Assembly (NCBI GenBank): GCA_040755995.1
Contig: JBFMAF010000010.1
Coordinates: forward strand, 64,001 to 128,000
DNA length: 64,000 nt
From: Acidobacteriota bacterium
GTDB lineage: Bacteria; Acidobacteriota; CAIWXX01
Direction of reading: 5' to 3'
In this document: piece after piece, positions 9,211-18,135 of the stretch
Layout: each line of letters begins with the position of its first letter
Numbering within the stretch: position 1 is the first letter of the stretch
The notes under the pieces: model-generated
Told to the model about the DNA's origin: nothing
Databases searched by the model: none
Seen by the model: only the letters and a program-made list of their open reading frames with translations
Made by a program: the position numbers and the translations under genes

Positions 9211-10589
9211 CAGGAGATCCTCCGCAGAAGCTCGGGGCCGGCGTTCGTTACAGTGCCGGCGCCGAGCGTCAGAACGATGTCGTTCTCGCGCACGATGCCG
9301 GCAAGAGCGTCCACGGCGCTGTTGAGGTCCGGACGGTAGAGCACGTTTCGATGGCCGAAGCGCTTGATGCCATAGGCCAGCACCTCGCCTGTCACGCCGG
9401 GTACGGCCTCTTCGCCGGCCGGATAGATCTCGGTCACCACGAGCGCGTCCGCCTGGTGGAACGCTCCGCAGAACTGCTCGAACAGGTCGCGCGTGCGGGT
9501 GAAGCGGTGAGGCTGGAACAGAACGACCAGCCTCCGGTCCCACCCCGCCTTCGCCGCGGCCAGGGTGGCGCGGATCTCTGTCGGATGGTGCCCGTAGTCG
9601 TCTACCACCATGATGCCGCGCGCCTCGCCGCGTAGCTGGAATCGCCGATCCGCCCCCTGGAAGCTTTCGATGCCCTTCAGGATCGCGGACCACTCCATCC
9701 CCATGTCTCGAGCTACTGCGATGGCGGCCAGCGCGTTCAGCGCGTTGTGCGCGCCGGGGACGGAGAGCGCCAGGGGTCCGAAGGTCTCGCCGCGGTGGGT
9801 CACGCGGAAGCGGGTCTGGCGTGCGTCCTGCTGCGCCTGGCTCAAGACGTAGTCAGCCTGGGTGCTGAGGCCATAGGTTATCGCGCGGCGGGAGAGGCGC
9901 CCGAGCACCGCCTGCACTCCGGGGTCGTCAACGCACACGATCGTGGCCCCGTAGAACGGCACCTTGTTCATGAACTGGACGAAGGCATCGTGGAGCCGTG
10001 TGATGGTGTGGTAGTGGTCCATGTGCTCCTGGTCGATGTTGGTGACCACCCCGAGTGTCGGCGAGAGAAGGAGGAAGGAGCTGTCGGATTCGTCGGCCTC
10101 GGCTACCATGAACTCACTCTTCCCGAGCTTCGCATGGCTGCCGTAGACGTTCAGGCGCCCGCCGATCACTACAGTCGGGTCGAATCCGCCCTGGTCGAGG
10201 AGTGTCGCCACCATGGATGTAGTCGTCGTCTTGCCATGCGAACCGGCCACCGCGATGCCGTATTTCATCCGCATCAGCTCCGCCAGCATCTCCGCGCGAG
10301 AGATCACCGGCACCTTCAGCCGCTGCGCCTCCGTCACCTCCGGGTTGTCCGCGCCGACGGCCGACGAGATCACGACTACCTCCGCACCCGCCACATTTCC
10401 GGGCGTGTGCCCCTCCGACACGACGGCTCCGAGCTTCTCCAGCCGCTCCGTCACAGCTGTCTTTCTCAAGTCCGAGCCCGACACGCGGTACTTCAGGTTG
10501 ATCAGCACCTCGGCAATGCCGCACATGCCGCTTCCGCCGATACCCACCATGTGGATGTGCTGTATCTTCTTGAAGCTTCGCTTATGCAT
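9210..10589 (-). CDS. murC: UDP-N-acetylmuramate--L-alanine ligase
   Basis: HMVGIGGSGM, GSHGKTTTT, AEADESD, DDYGHHPTE. Confidence 0.97.
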   Translation of the reverse strand: MHKRSFKKIQHIHMVGIGGSGMCGIAEVLINLKYRVSGSDLRKTAVTERLEKLGAVVSEGHTPGNVAGAEVVVISSAVGADNPEVTEAQRLKVPVISRAEMLAELMRMKYGIAVAGSHGKTTTTSMVATLLDQGGFDPTVVIGGRLNVYGSHAKLGKSEFMVAEADESDSSFLLLSPTLGVVTNIDQEHMDHYHTITRLHDAFVQFMNKVPFYGATIVCVDDPGVQAVLGRLSRRAITYGLSTQADYVLSQAQQDARQTRFRVTHRGETFGPLALSVPGAHNALNALAAIAVARDMGMEWSAILKGIESFQGADRRFQLRGEARGIMVVDDYGHHPTEIRATLAAAKAGWDRRLVVLFQPHRFTRTRDLFEQFCGAFHQADALVVTEIYPAGEEAVPGVTGEVLAYGIKRFGHRNVLYRPDLNSAVDALAGIVRENDIVLTLGAGTVTNAGPELLRRIS

Positions 10590-11709
10590 GGCGGGTCTCG
10601 CCTTCCGCGCCCGGCGCTTCGCCGCGCATCAACCGCGCAGCGATGCGCGCAATCTCAACGGCGGCATCCGGGTTGGCCATTCGACGCGCTGCCTCTGACA
10701 TGGCCGCGCGCCTGGCGGGTGCGGTCATCAGCTCTTCAATCCGCGCGCACAAGACTCCGGGGGTCAGCTCCCGCTCCGTCAGCACCACCGCGGCCCCAGC
10801 CCGCTCCATGGCACGGGCATTGAGCTCCTGATGGTTGTCCGCTGCGGCCGCAAACGGAACCAGGATCGCCGGGCGGCCCGCTGCCGCGATCTCCGCGATC
10901 GTTGATGCACCCGCGCGGCAGACGATCAGGTCTGCCTCGGCGAAGGCATCCGCCATCCGGTCGATGAATGCGGAGACGACGGCGCCCGAACGGGCAGCTT
11001 CGTGCGCAGCTCGCACCTTCTCAAACTCCTTCGTTCCCGTCTGGTGGACGAGCCTGGTCGTCGCCGGCCAGAGCGGAAGAGCATCCATGATCGCGCTGTT
11101 CAACACAGCCGATCCCTGGCTCCCGCCGAAAACCAGGACGGTGAACAGCCGGTTGCCCGAGGTAGTCGCCGCGGTCACCCGGCTCGGGATCGCGAAGAAC
11201 TCCGGGCGTACCGGATGCCCGGCCCAGAGGCCTTTCTTGCCGAACATGGGGACGGACTCGCGGAACGAGCAGACGACACAGCGCGTGAACGGCGCCAGCC
11301 AGCGCGTGGTAAGTCCAGGTCGCAGGTTGACTTCGAGGATGAACGTCGGGCAGCTCAGCGAGGCGGCCGCGACCAGCGGGCCGGAGACGTAGCCTCCGGC
11401 ACCGATGACGAGGGACGGGTGGAGCTTGCGTACGAGGGCCCGGGACGTGAGCACGGCGGGCACGAGCATGGCCAGGGCGCCGAGCTTGAAGAGGAGCGAC
11501 TTGCCCTTGAGCGGCTTCACGCGCAGCTCGATCAGCTCGTAGCCGGCGCCGGCCACGATGTGTCGTTCGACCTCGCGACCGCTCCCCACGAACCTGATCT
11601 GCGCGTTCTCCACGGTCCTCTTCAGCGCCTCCGCCACTGCAATGGCGGGGAAGAGGTGACCGCCGGTGCCGGAGGCGGCGATGAGCACTGTCGGTGTAGT
11701 CTGACCCAT
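10582..11709 (-). CDS. murG: Lipid II GlcNAc transferase MurG
   Basis: GTGGHLFP, GGYVSGP, FGGSQGS, RAGASTIAE, HQELNA. Confidence 0.97.
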   Translation of the reverse strand: MGQTTPTVLIAASGTGGHLFPAIAVAEALKRTVENAQIRFVGSGREVERHIVAGAGYELIELRVKPLKGKSLLFKLGALAMLVPAVLTSRALVRKLHPSLVIGAGGYVSGPLVAAASLSCPTFILEVNLRPGLTTRWLAPFTRCVVCSFRESVPMFGKKGLWAGHPVRPEFFAIPSRVTAATTSGNRLFTVLVFGGSQGSAVLNSAIMDALPLWPATTRLVHQTGTKEFEKVRAAHEAARSGAVVSAFIDRMADAFAEADLIVCRAGASTIAEIAAAGRPAILVPFAAAADNHQELNARAMERAGAAVVLTERELTPGVLCARIEELMTAPARRAAMSEAARRMANPDAAVEIARIAARLMRGEAPGAEGETRHA

Positions 11710-11715
11710 GGCGCC

Positions 11716-12807
11716 TCAGGTGCTGTGCTGCGAGACGTTCAACAGTATGCCGACGGCGAGCATGTTGGCGAGGAGCGACGAGCCGCCGAAGCTGACGAAG
11801 GGCAGCGAAATCCCTTTCGTCGGAAGAAGACCCAGGACCACCGACATGTTGATCAACCCCTGGCTCACGATCATGGCGGTAAGTCCTGCGGCCAGGAGTC
11901 CGCCGTGGAAGTCCGGGGCGAGTGAAGCCGCGCGCATGCCGCGCCACAGGATGACGAGGAAGAGGACCAGGGTGCCGATGCACCCGATGAGGCCCAGCTC
12001 CTCGCCGATCACAGCGTAGATGAAATCGGTGTAGGCGTACGGGAGGTAGTAGAGTTTCTGAGTGGACTCGCCGAGGCCGCCGCCGAGCACTCCGCCCTTG
12101 CCGACGGCGATAAGGGACTGCAGTATCTGGAAGCCGCTTCCCAGCGGATCTTCGTGCGGGTTTAGAAACGCGAACAGGCGCTCCTTCCTGTACCCCGCCT
12201 GAAGCAGCATGTAGGCGGCGGCGGGAAGACCCAGGCTGGACAGGGCGGCGAGGTACTTCATGGGGACTCCGCCGAGGAAGAACATGGTTCCGGCGATGAA
12301 CGCCATGGTGACGGCCGCGCCGAAATCGGGCTCGAGGTACGTCAGGACGCAGAACACCATGGTGATGAGCCCGCACGGGATGAGCGTCGACTTCGGCAGC
12401 TTGATGTTGGATCGCTGCTTGTTCAGCCAGTAGGCCAGGAAAAAGATCAGCCCGAGTTTGGCGAACTCGGACGGCTGGAGGCTGAAGCCGGCCAGGCGGA
12501 TCCAGCGGTGGGTGCGGTTGACGACGGGGAGGAAGAGAGCCGCGGTGAGCAGCGCAACAGAGAGCGTGAGCATGCCGTAGACGACGATGGGGCGCCGGAA
12601 GAACGGATACGGCAGATACAGCAGGACTCCCATGAGAGCGAACCCGGTGATCACCCAGACGCCTTGCTTGACGAGGAAGAAGTACTCGTTCTGGTAGCGT
12701 TCGATCGCGGTGATGCCGGAGGAGCTGAACACCATGACCAGGCCGAGCAGCACCAGCATGAGCACGGCGAGGAAGAGAGTCTTGTCGGAGGAGAGCTTGC
12801 GTCCCAT
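11716..12807 (-). CDS. ftsW: SEDS peptidoglycan polymerase FtsW
   Basis: RWIRLAGFSLQPSEFAK, YLPYAYTDFI, LPFVSFGGSS; start overlaps the murD stop. Confidence 0.95.
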   Translation of the reverse strand: MGRKLSSDKTLFLAVLMLVLLGLVMVFSSSGITAIERYQNEYFFLVKQGVWVITGFALMGVLLYLPYPFFRRPIVVYGMLTLSVALLTAALFLPVVNRTHRWIRLAGFSLQPSEFAKLGLIFFLAYWLNKQRSNIKLPKSTLIPCGLITMVFCVLTYLEPDFGAAVTMAFIAGTMFFLGGVPMKYLAALSSLGLPAAAYMLLQAGYRKERLFAFLNPHEDPLGSGFQILQSLIAVGKGGVLGGGLGESTQKLYYLPYAYTDFIYAVIGEELGLIGCIGTLVLFLVILWRGMRAASLAPDFHGGLLAAGLTAMIVSQGLINMSVVLGLLPTKGISLPFVSFGGSSLLANMLAVGILLNVSQHST

Positions 12808-14162
12808 CAGCCGACCCTCGCCTTCAGCTCGCGCACTGCCTGCATGAAGACCTCGCCCCGATGTTCGAAGTTGTTGAACATGTCGAAGCTGGCGCAGGCC
12901 GGGGCCAGCAAGACCGTGTCGCCCGGAGCGGCCCGGTTGAACCCGAGCTCGACGGCGGCCTCCATGCTCGCCGCGCGCTCCATCGGGCACACACCCGCGA
13001 GCGCCGCGCCGATCTTGTCAGCAGCAGCGCCGATCAGTATCACGAGCCTGGCCTTGTCTCTGCAGGGCTCCGCCAGCGGCCCGTAGTCCACCCCCTTGTC
13101 CTTGCCGCCGAGGATGACCAGCAGGTTTCCAGAAAAACTGTCGAGGGCCTTGAGAGTTGCGTCGACGTTGGTGGCCTTCGAGTCGTTGAAGAAGTCCACG
13201 CCGCGAACCGTTTCGACGAACTGCAGCCGGTGTGGTACCGCCTGAAACGCCTCGATGCTGTGCCGCACGGATTCGACGGGGGCCCCGGCCAGATCCGCCA
13301 TCATCGCCGCAGCCATCACGTTCTCCAGGTTGTGCGACCCTTTCAGCGGAATCGCATCTGCCCGCATGAGCACGTCGCGGCGGCCGCGACGAACGAGCAC
13401 GACTTCCGGCCCGTCCAGGAAACAGCCCTCACCCAAAGAGTTTCTTCTACTGAAATAGTAAATATGCGACGCCGCCGGTTCCTTCCGCAGCAGAGGATCG
13501 TCGCCGTTGAGCACCAGGGAATCGGCAGGCGTCTGGCTTCGGTAGACGCGCCTCTTGGCGTCGGCATAGGAGTCGAACGAGTCGTAGCGGTCCAGATGAT
13601 CCGGCGTGAGGTTCAGGATGGACGCAACGCTCGGGCGGAACCGGTCGATCGTCTCGAGCTGAAAGCTCGACATCTCGCAGACGAACCAGGTCTCCGGGCT
13701 GTCATGATCGAGCATGCCGATGAGCGGAGTGCCGATGTTGCCGGCAACGACCGTGGGGAACCCGGCATCGACGAGGATCTTGCCCACGAGCGCGGTAGTG
13801 GTGGTCTTGCCGTTCGATCCGGTGATCGCGCAGATCCTTCCCCTCATCTCGCGGAACGCGATCTCCATGTCGCCCACAACCGGAACGCCTGCGCGCACGG
13901 CTTTCCGGATGGGCTCCAGCGCAAGCGGCACTCCGGGGCTTGCGACGATGAGGTCGGCCGACAGGAAAAGGCTCTCGGGATGCCCGCCGAGCACCGCAGA
14001 GGCGCCGAGCGCGCGCGCCTTCGCCGCATCTTCTTTCAGCGCCGACTCCGGCTTCACGTCGTTCACCGTGACTCGCGCGCCGCGCTTGAGGAAGAAATCG
14101 GCGGAGGCAAGCCCGGTGCGGGCGAGCCCGACGATCAGAACGTCCTTGCCGGCGTAACTCAT
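12807..14162 (-). CDS. murD: UDP-MurNAc-L-Ala--D-Glu ligase
   Basis: GSNGKTTTT, EMSSFQLE, NDSKATN, LLAPACASFD. Confidence 0.97.
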   Translation of the reverse strand: MSYAGKDVLIVGLARTGLASADFFLKRGARVTVNDVKPESALKEDAAKARALGASAVLGGHPESLFLSADLIVASPGVPLALEPIRKAVRAGVPVVGDMEIAFREMRGRICAITGSNGKTTTTALVGKILVDAGFPTVVAGNIGTPLIGMLDHDSPETWFVCEMSSFQLETIDRFRPSVASILNLTPDHLDRYDSFDSYADAKRRVYRSQTPADSLVLNGDDPLLRKEPAASHIYYFSRRNSLGEGCFLDGPEVVLVRRGRRDVLMRADAIPLKGSHNLENVMAAAMMADLAGAPVESVRHSIEAFQAVPHRLQFVETVRGVDFFNDSKATNVDATLKALDSFSGNLLVILGGKDKGVDYGPLAEPCRDKARLVILIGAAADKIGAALAGVCPMERAASMEAAVELGFNRAAPGDTVLLAPACASFDMFNNFEHRGEVFMQAVRELKARVG

Positions 14163-15244
14163 CGCAGTTTCAGCGTGCTCAGGCTCAGAAGAGCGAAGAT
14201 GATCGCAGTGATCCAGAAGCGGACCACGACCTTAGGTTCCTTCCACCCCGCGAGCTCGAAGTGATGGTGGAGCGGTGCCATGCGGAAGATGCGCTTTCCG
14301 GTGAGCTGGAAGGAGGCAACCTGGAGAATCACCGATAGCGCCTCGATCACGAACAGACCTCCGACCGAGAGCAGCAGGATCTCCTGCTTGATCAGCACGG
14401 CGACGGTGCCGATGGCGCCGCCAAGCGCCAGCGAGCCCACGTCGCCCATGAAGATCTCGGCGGGATGAGAGTTGTACCAGAGGAACCCCAGACTGGCCCC
14501 GACCATGCTGCCGCAGAAGATCGTGATCTCTCCCGACTGGGCGATCCTGGTGATGTTGAGGTAGCTCGAGAAGATGGCGTGCCCGGCCACGTAGGCCAGG
14601 ACCGTGTAGGCGGCAGACGCTATCAGGAAGGCGCCTATCGCCAGGCCGTCGAGCCCGTCGGTGAGGTTCACGGCATTCGAGGAGCCGACGATGACGATGA
14701 CGAGAAAGCCCAGGTACCACCAGCCGAGGTCCGGCGTCCATCGCTTGAAGAACGGCACGCTCAGGTGCGTGTCGAAGAGCCCGTGCCGCCGCAGGTAGAA
14801 GAGGCACAGGCCGATGATCAGGGCGATGCCGATCTGCGCCAGCAGCTTTCTACGCCCGCTCCAGCCGAGCGACCGGCGCATTCTGACCTTCGAGTAATCG
14901 TCCAGCAGCCCGACTGTGCCGAAGGCTGCCAGCGCGAACACGCAGATCCAGATGAACGGATTCGCGAGATCGGCCCAGAGCAGCGTCGGCACGAGAATCG
15001 ATGTCAGCACCAGCAGACCGCCCATCGTGGGTGTGCCGGCCTTCCCCTGGTGCGAGGCCGGACCCTCCTCGCGAATCTGCTGGCCCACCTGAAACTCGCG
15101 CAGCTTCCTGATCATCCACGGGCCGAGGAACAGGCAGAGGAAAAGCGCCGTCAAGCTCGCGTAGGCCGTACGGAACGTGATGTACCGGAAGACGTTGAAG
15201 ACCGTCGAGTACTCGTGCAATGGGTAGAGCAGATGGTAGAGCAT
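14159..15244 (-). CDS. mraY: Phospho-MurNAc-pentapeptide transferase
   Basis: GTPTMGG, NAVNLTDGLDGLA, FMGDVGS, APLHHHFE. Confidence 0.97.
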   Translation of the reverse strand: MLYHLLYPLHEYSTVFNVFRYITFRTAYASLTALFLCLFLGPWMIRKLREFQVGQQIREEGPASHQGKAGTPTMGGLLVLTSILVPTLLWADLANPFIWICVFALAAFGTVGLLDDYSKVRMRRSLGWSGRRKLLAQIGIALIIGLCLFYLRRHGLFDTHLSVPFFKRWTPDLGWWYLGFLVIVIVGSSNAVNLTDGLDGLAIGAFLIASAAYTVLAYVAGHAIFSSYLNITRIAQSGEITIFCGSMVGASLGFLWYNSHPAEIFMGDVGSLALGGAIGTVAVLIKQEILLLSVGGLFVIEALSVILQVASFQLTGKRIFRMAPLHHHFELAGWKEPKVVVRFWITAIIFALLSLSTLKLR

Positions 15245-15250
15245 GGCTCG

Positions 15251-16627
15251 TTAGACTCCGCCCGTTAGCACACTGATCGCTCTTTCGGTGGCGATACCAC
15301 GCGACCCCTTTATGACAACCACGTCTCCATTGGCCAGGTAGCCCTTGAGGAATTCCCCTACCTGGACCGCGTTGTCGAACGACTGGATCTCGCCGCGGAA
15401 CCCCGCCCGGCGCGCTCCTTGAGCGAAGAGCACCGCCTGCTTCCCAACGGTCAGGAGTGTGGAGAGCCGGCTGCGCCCGACCATCCGCCCGGCGTCGAGG
15501 TGGTACTGCCGGCTCTTCGCGCCCAGCTCCAGCATGTCGCCTGCGACGAGTATCCTCCGTCGCCGGCACGGGTACATGCGCAGCATCTCGACAGCCGCCT
15601 CCATGGCACGCGGATTCGAGTTATACGCATCGTTCAAAACGATCGCGCCGTTGCGCAGCCGGAGGACCTCGCCGCGCAAAAGCACCGGCCTGATGCGCTT
15701 CATCCGACCGAGGATCGTCCGAATGGGGACTCCGAGACCGTCCGCCACCGCTACCGCCGCCAACAGGTTCGCCAGCGCGTGCTTGCCTATGATCCGCGCG
15801 CGCGCGGGGTAGCGCGTCTTTCCGACCATAAGCGTGAACGTCATTCCGCCCGCCCCGAGGATGCGGACGTTCCCAGCCCGGTACCGGTTCGCGCCATGGT
15901 AGCCGTAACGCAGTATGCGGCCTGAGAAACGGCGCGCGATCCGCATGACCCACGGGTCGTCGCCGTTGACAACCGCCAGCCCGCCGGCCGGGAGCGCCTC
16001 CAGAAGCTCGGCCTTCGCCCTCGCCACGTTGCCCAGCGTTTTCATCGTCTCCATGTGTACCGGACTCACATTGGTCACGACACCGACCGATGGCGATGCG
16101 ATCTCGCACAGCCGGCGAATCTCGCCGGGTGTAGACATGCCCATCTCGAGCACTGCGTAGGTCTCGCGACCGGTGACCCGCAGAAGGCTCACCGGCAGAC
16201 CGTAGAGGTTGTTCAGATTCCCCTCGCTCTTCAGTGCGCGCGGCCCCAACAGCGCCGCGGTGAAGTCCTTGGTGCTGGTCTTCCCCGTGGTGCCGGTGAT
16301 CCCCACCACAGTCATGTTGTTCGACTTGCGGACGTGCCGCGCGAGCTCCTGCAGAGCGTACGTTGTGTCCTTTACCAGGATCGCAACATCGAACAGTCGA
16401 AGATCCTCGACGTCGCGATGCGAGACCAGCCCGCGGGCGCCGCGGGCGCGCGCGTCGTGCAAGAAGTCGTGCCCGTCGAACTTCTCTCCCCTGAGCGGGA
16501 AGAAAAAATCGCCCGGGCGCAGCGAGCGCGTGTCAGTGGAGAAGGAGGTGAAGGGCACGCTGGGGTTGCCGGCCACCAGCACGCCTCCGGTCGCCCGGGC
16601 GATCTCGCCTGCAGTCAGTGTCGGCAT
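15251..16627 (-). CDS. murF: UDP-MurNAc-tripeptide--D-Ala-D-Ala ligase
   Basis: GTTGKTSTK, LEMGM, NDAYNSNP, GDMLELG, KGSRG; start at MPTLTAGEI. Confidence 0.95.
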   Translation of the reverse strand: MPTLTAGEIARATGGVLVAGNPSVPFTSFSTDTRSLRPGDFFFPLRGEKFDGHDFLHDARARGARGLVSHRDVEDLRLFDVAILVKDTTYALQELARHVRKSNNMTVVGITGTTGKTSTKDFTAALLGPRALKSEGNLNNLYGLPVSLLRVTGRETYAVLEMGMSTPGEIRRLCEIASPSVGVVTNVSPVHMETMKTLGNVARAKAELLEALPAGGLAVVNGDDPWVMRIARRFSGRILRYGYHGANRYRAGNVRILGAGGMTFTLMVGKTRYPARARIIGKHALANLLAAVAVADGLGVPIRTILGRMKRIRPVLLRGEVLRLRNGAIVLNDAYNSNPRAMEAAVEMLRMYPCRRRRILVAGDMLELGAKSRQYHLDAGRMVGRSRLSTLLTVGKQAVLFAQGARRAGFRGEIQSFDNAVQVGEFLKGYLANGDVVVIKGSRGIATERAISVLTGGV

Positions 16628-16638
16628 GGCGGCTCGTT

Positions 16639-18135
16639 TCAGGCCTCGGCGGCGGGCGGTTGCCCGCCGCCTCGTGCCGCTCTCCACTCCAGCACCACCT
16701 CGCGATCGCTGAAGTGAATCGTGCGGTCGTTGAGAATCTGGTAGTCTTCGTGCCCCTTTCCCGCGATCACGACGATGTCGCCGGCGCGGGCCTCGTCCAG
16801 CGCGGAGTGGATGGCGCTGCGGCGGTCGGTGACACGGCGGTAGGCGTCGAAGGAGCCGAAGCCGCGTTCGGCCTCGTCCATGATCGCCTCCGGCGGCTCG
16901 CTCCTCGGATTGTCGCTCGTCAGCACCGCCAGATCCGCGTGGCGCGCCACGGCGGCCGCCATGAGGGGCCGCTTGCGGCGATCGCGGTCGCCGCCGCATC
17001 CGAAGATGGCGATGAGCCGGCCCGGCGTGAGAGGCCGCAGGCTCGAGAGCAGATTCTCGAGCGCATCCGGGCTGTGGGCGTAGTCGATGACGGCGGAGAA
17101 GGCTCCCAGCTCGATCCGCTCGACTCGACCCGGCACGTGACTCATGCGGCGGATGCCTTCGGCAGCCGCGTCGAGGGGGACGCCGGCGGAGCAGGCGGCC
17201 GTGAGTGCTGCGAGGGCGTTGTACACGTTGAATCGCCCCACCATGGGCGAGGCGAGCTCGATCTTGCCCCATGGCGTCCGGGCCTTGCCCTTGAAGCCGT
17301 CCATGTTCAGCCGGGTGTACTCGATGGTGACGTCGGCTCCGTGTTCCATGCCGTAGCTGATGACGTTCGATCGAGTCGACGCGGCCACGGCGGAGTACTG
17401 CGGTGAATCCCGGTTAACGACGGCGTGTGCGCCCGCGTCGAGCGTCTCGAAGAGCTTCAGCTTCGCGCGGAGGTAGGCATCCATGTCCTGGTGGAAGTCG
17501 AGGTGGTCTTGCGTGAGATTCGTAAACACGGCTGTCGAGAAGCGCACCGAGTGGACGCGTTTCATCTCGAGAGAATGCGAGGATACCTCCATGGCGATGT
17601 GCGTGATTCCGGCGTCGAGGGACTCGCGCAGCATCGCCTGCAGATCCACGGATTCGGGGGTGGTGCGCGCGGCAGGGCGTTGCATGTTGCCGAGGCGGTA
17701 CTGGATCGTGCCCACGACACCGCTCCGCAATCCGGCGGCCGTGAAGATTGAGTCGAGCATGTAGGTCGTGGTGGTCTTCCCGTTTGTGCCGGTGACTGCG
17801 GCGATCGACAGCTCGCGGCTTGGCGACCGGTGGAAGATGTCGGCGACTTCGGCCATGGCGCGGCGCGCGTCGGCGACCTTGACGAAGGTGGTGCCGGGCG
17901 GGCGATCATCGGCGTCTCTGTCGGTGGTCACAGCCACGGCGCCCTTCTCGACCGCGTCTCGGACGTACCGGAGGCCGTCGTCTACGATCCCTTTGAGAGC
18001 GAAGAAGAGGGTGCCGCCCGAATCCGTTCTCCCGGCGACGCGCCGGGAATCGTAGGCGAGGGACGCGATGTCGACATCAGGGGTGCCGTAGATGACGACG
18101 GGCAGCGAGTTGTGGAGGAGATCGCCAAGCCTCAT
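16639..18135 (-). CDS. murE: UDP-MurNAc-dipeptide--meso-DAP ligase
   Basis: GTNGKTTT, MEVSSH, DYAHSPD and the DAP-specificity motif DNPR; start at MRLGDLL. Confidence 0.95.
   Translation of the reverse strand: MRLGDLLHNSLPVVIYGTPDVDIASLAYDSRRVAGRTDSGGTLFFALKGIVDDGLRYVRDAVEKGAVAVTTDRDADDRPPGTTFVKVADARRAMAEVADIFHRSPSRELSIAAVTGTNGKTTTTYMLDSIFTAAGLRSGVVGTIQYRLGNMQRPAARTTPESVDLQAMLRESLDAGITHIAMEVSSHSLEMKRVHSVRFSTAVFTNLTQDHLDFHQDMDAYLRAKLKLFETLDAGAHAVVNRDSPQYSAVAASTRSNVISYGMEHGADVTIEYTRLNMDGFKGKARTPWGKIELASPMVGRFNVYNALAALTAACSAGVPLDAAAEGIRRMSHVPGRVERIELGAFSAVIDYAHSPDALENLLSSLRPLTPGRLIAIFGCGGDRDRRKRPLMAAAVARHADLAVLTSDNPRSEPPEAIMDEAERGFGSFDAYRRVTDRRSAIHSALDEARAGDIVVIAGKGHEDYQILNDRTIHFSDREVVLEWRAARGGGQPPAAEA

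Noticed and set aside
8338..10589. Absence of murB and ddl between murC and ftsQ
   Set aside because: Common dcw variation; the genes are probably elsewhere.
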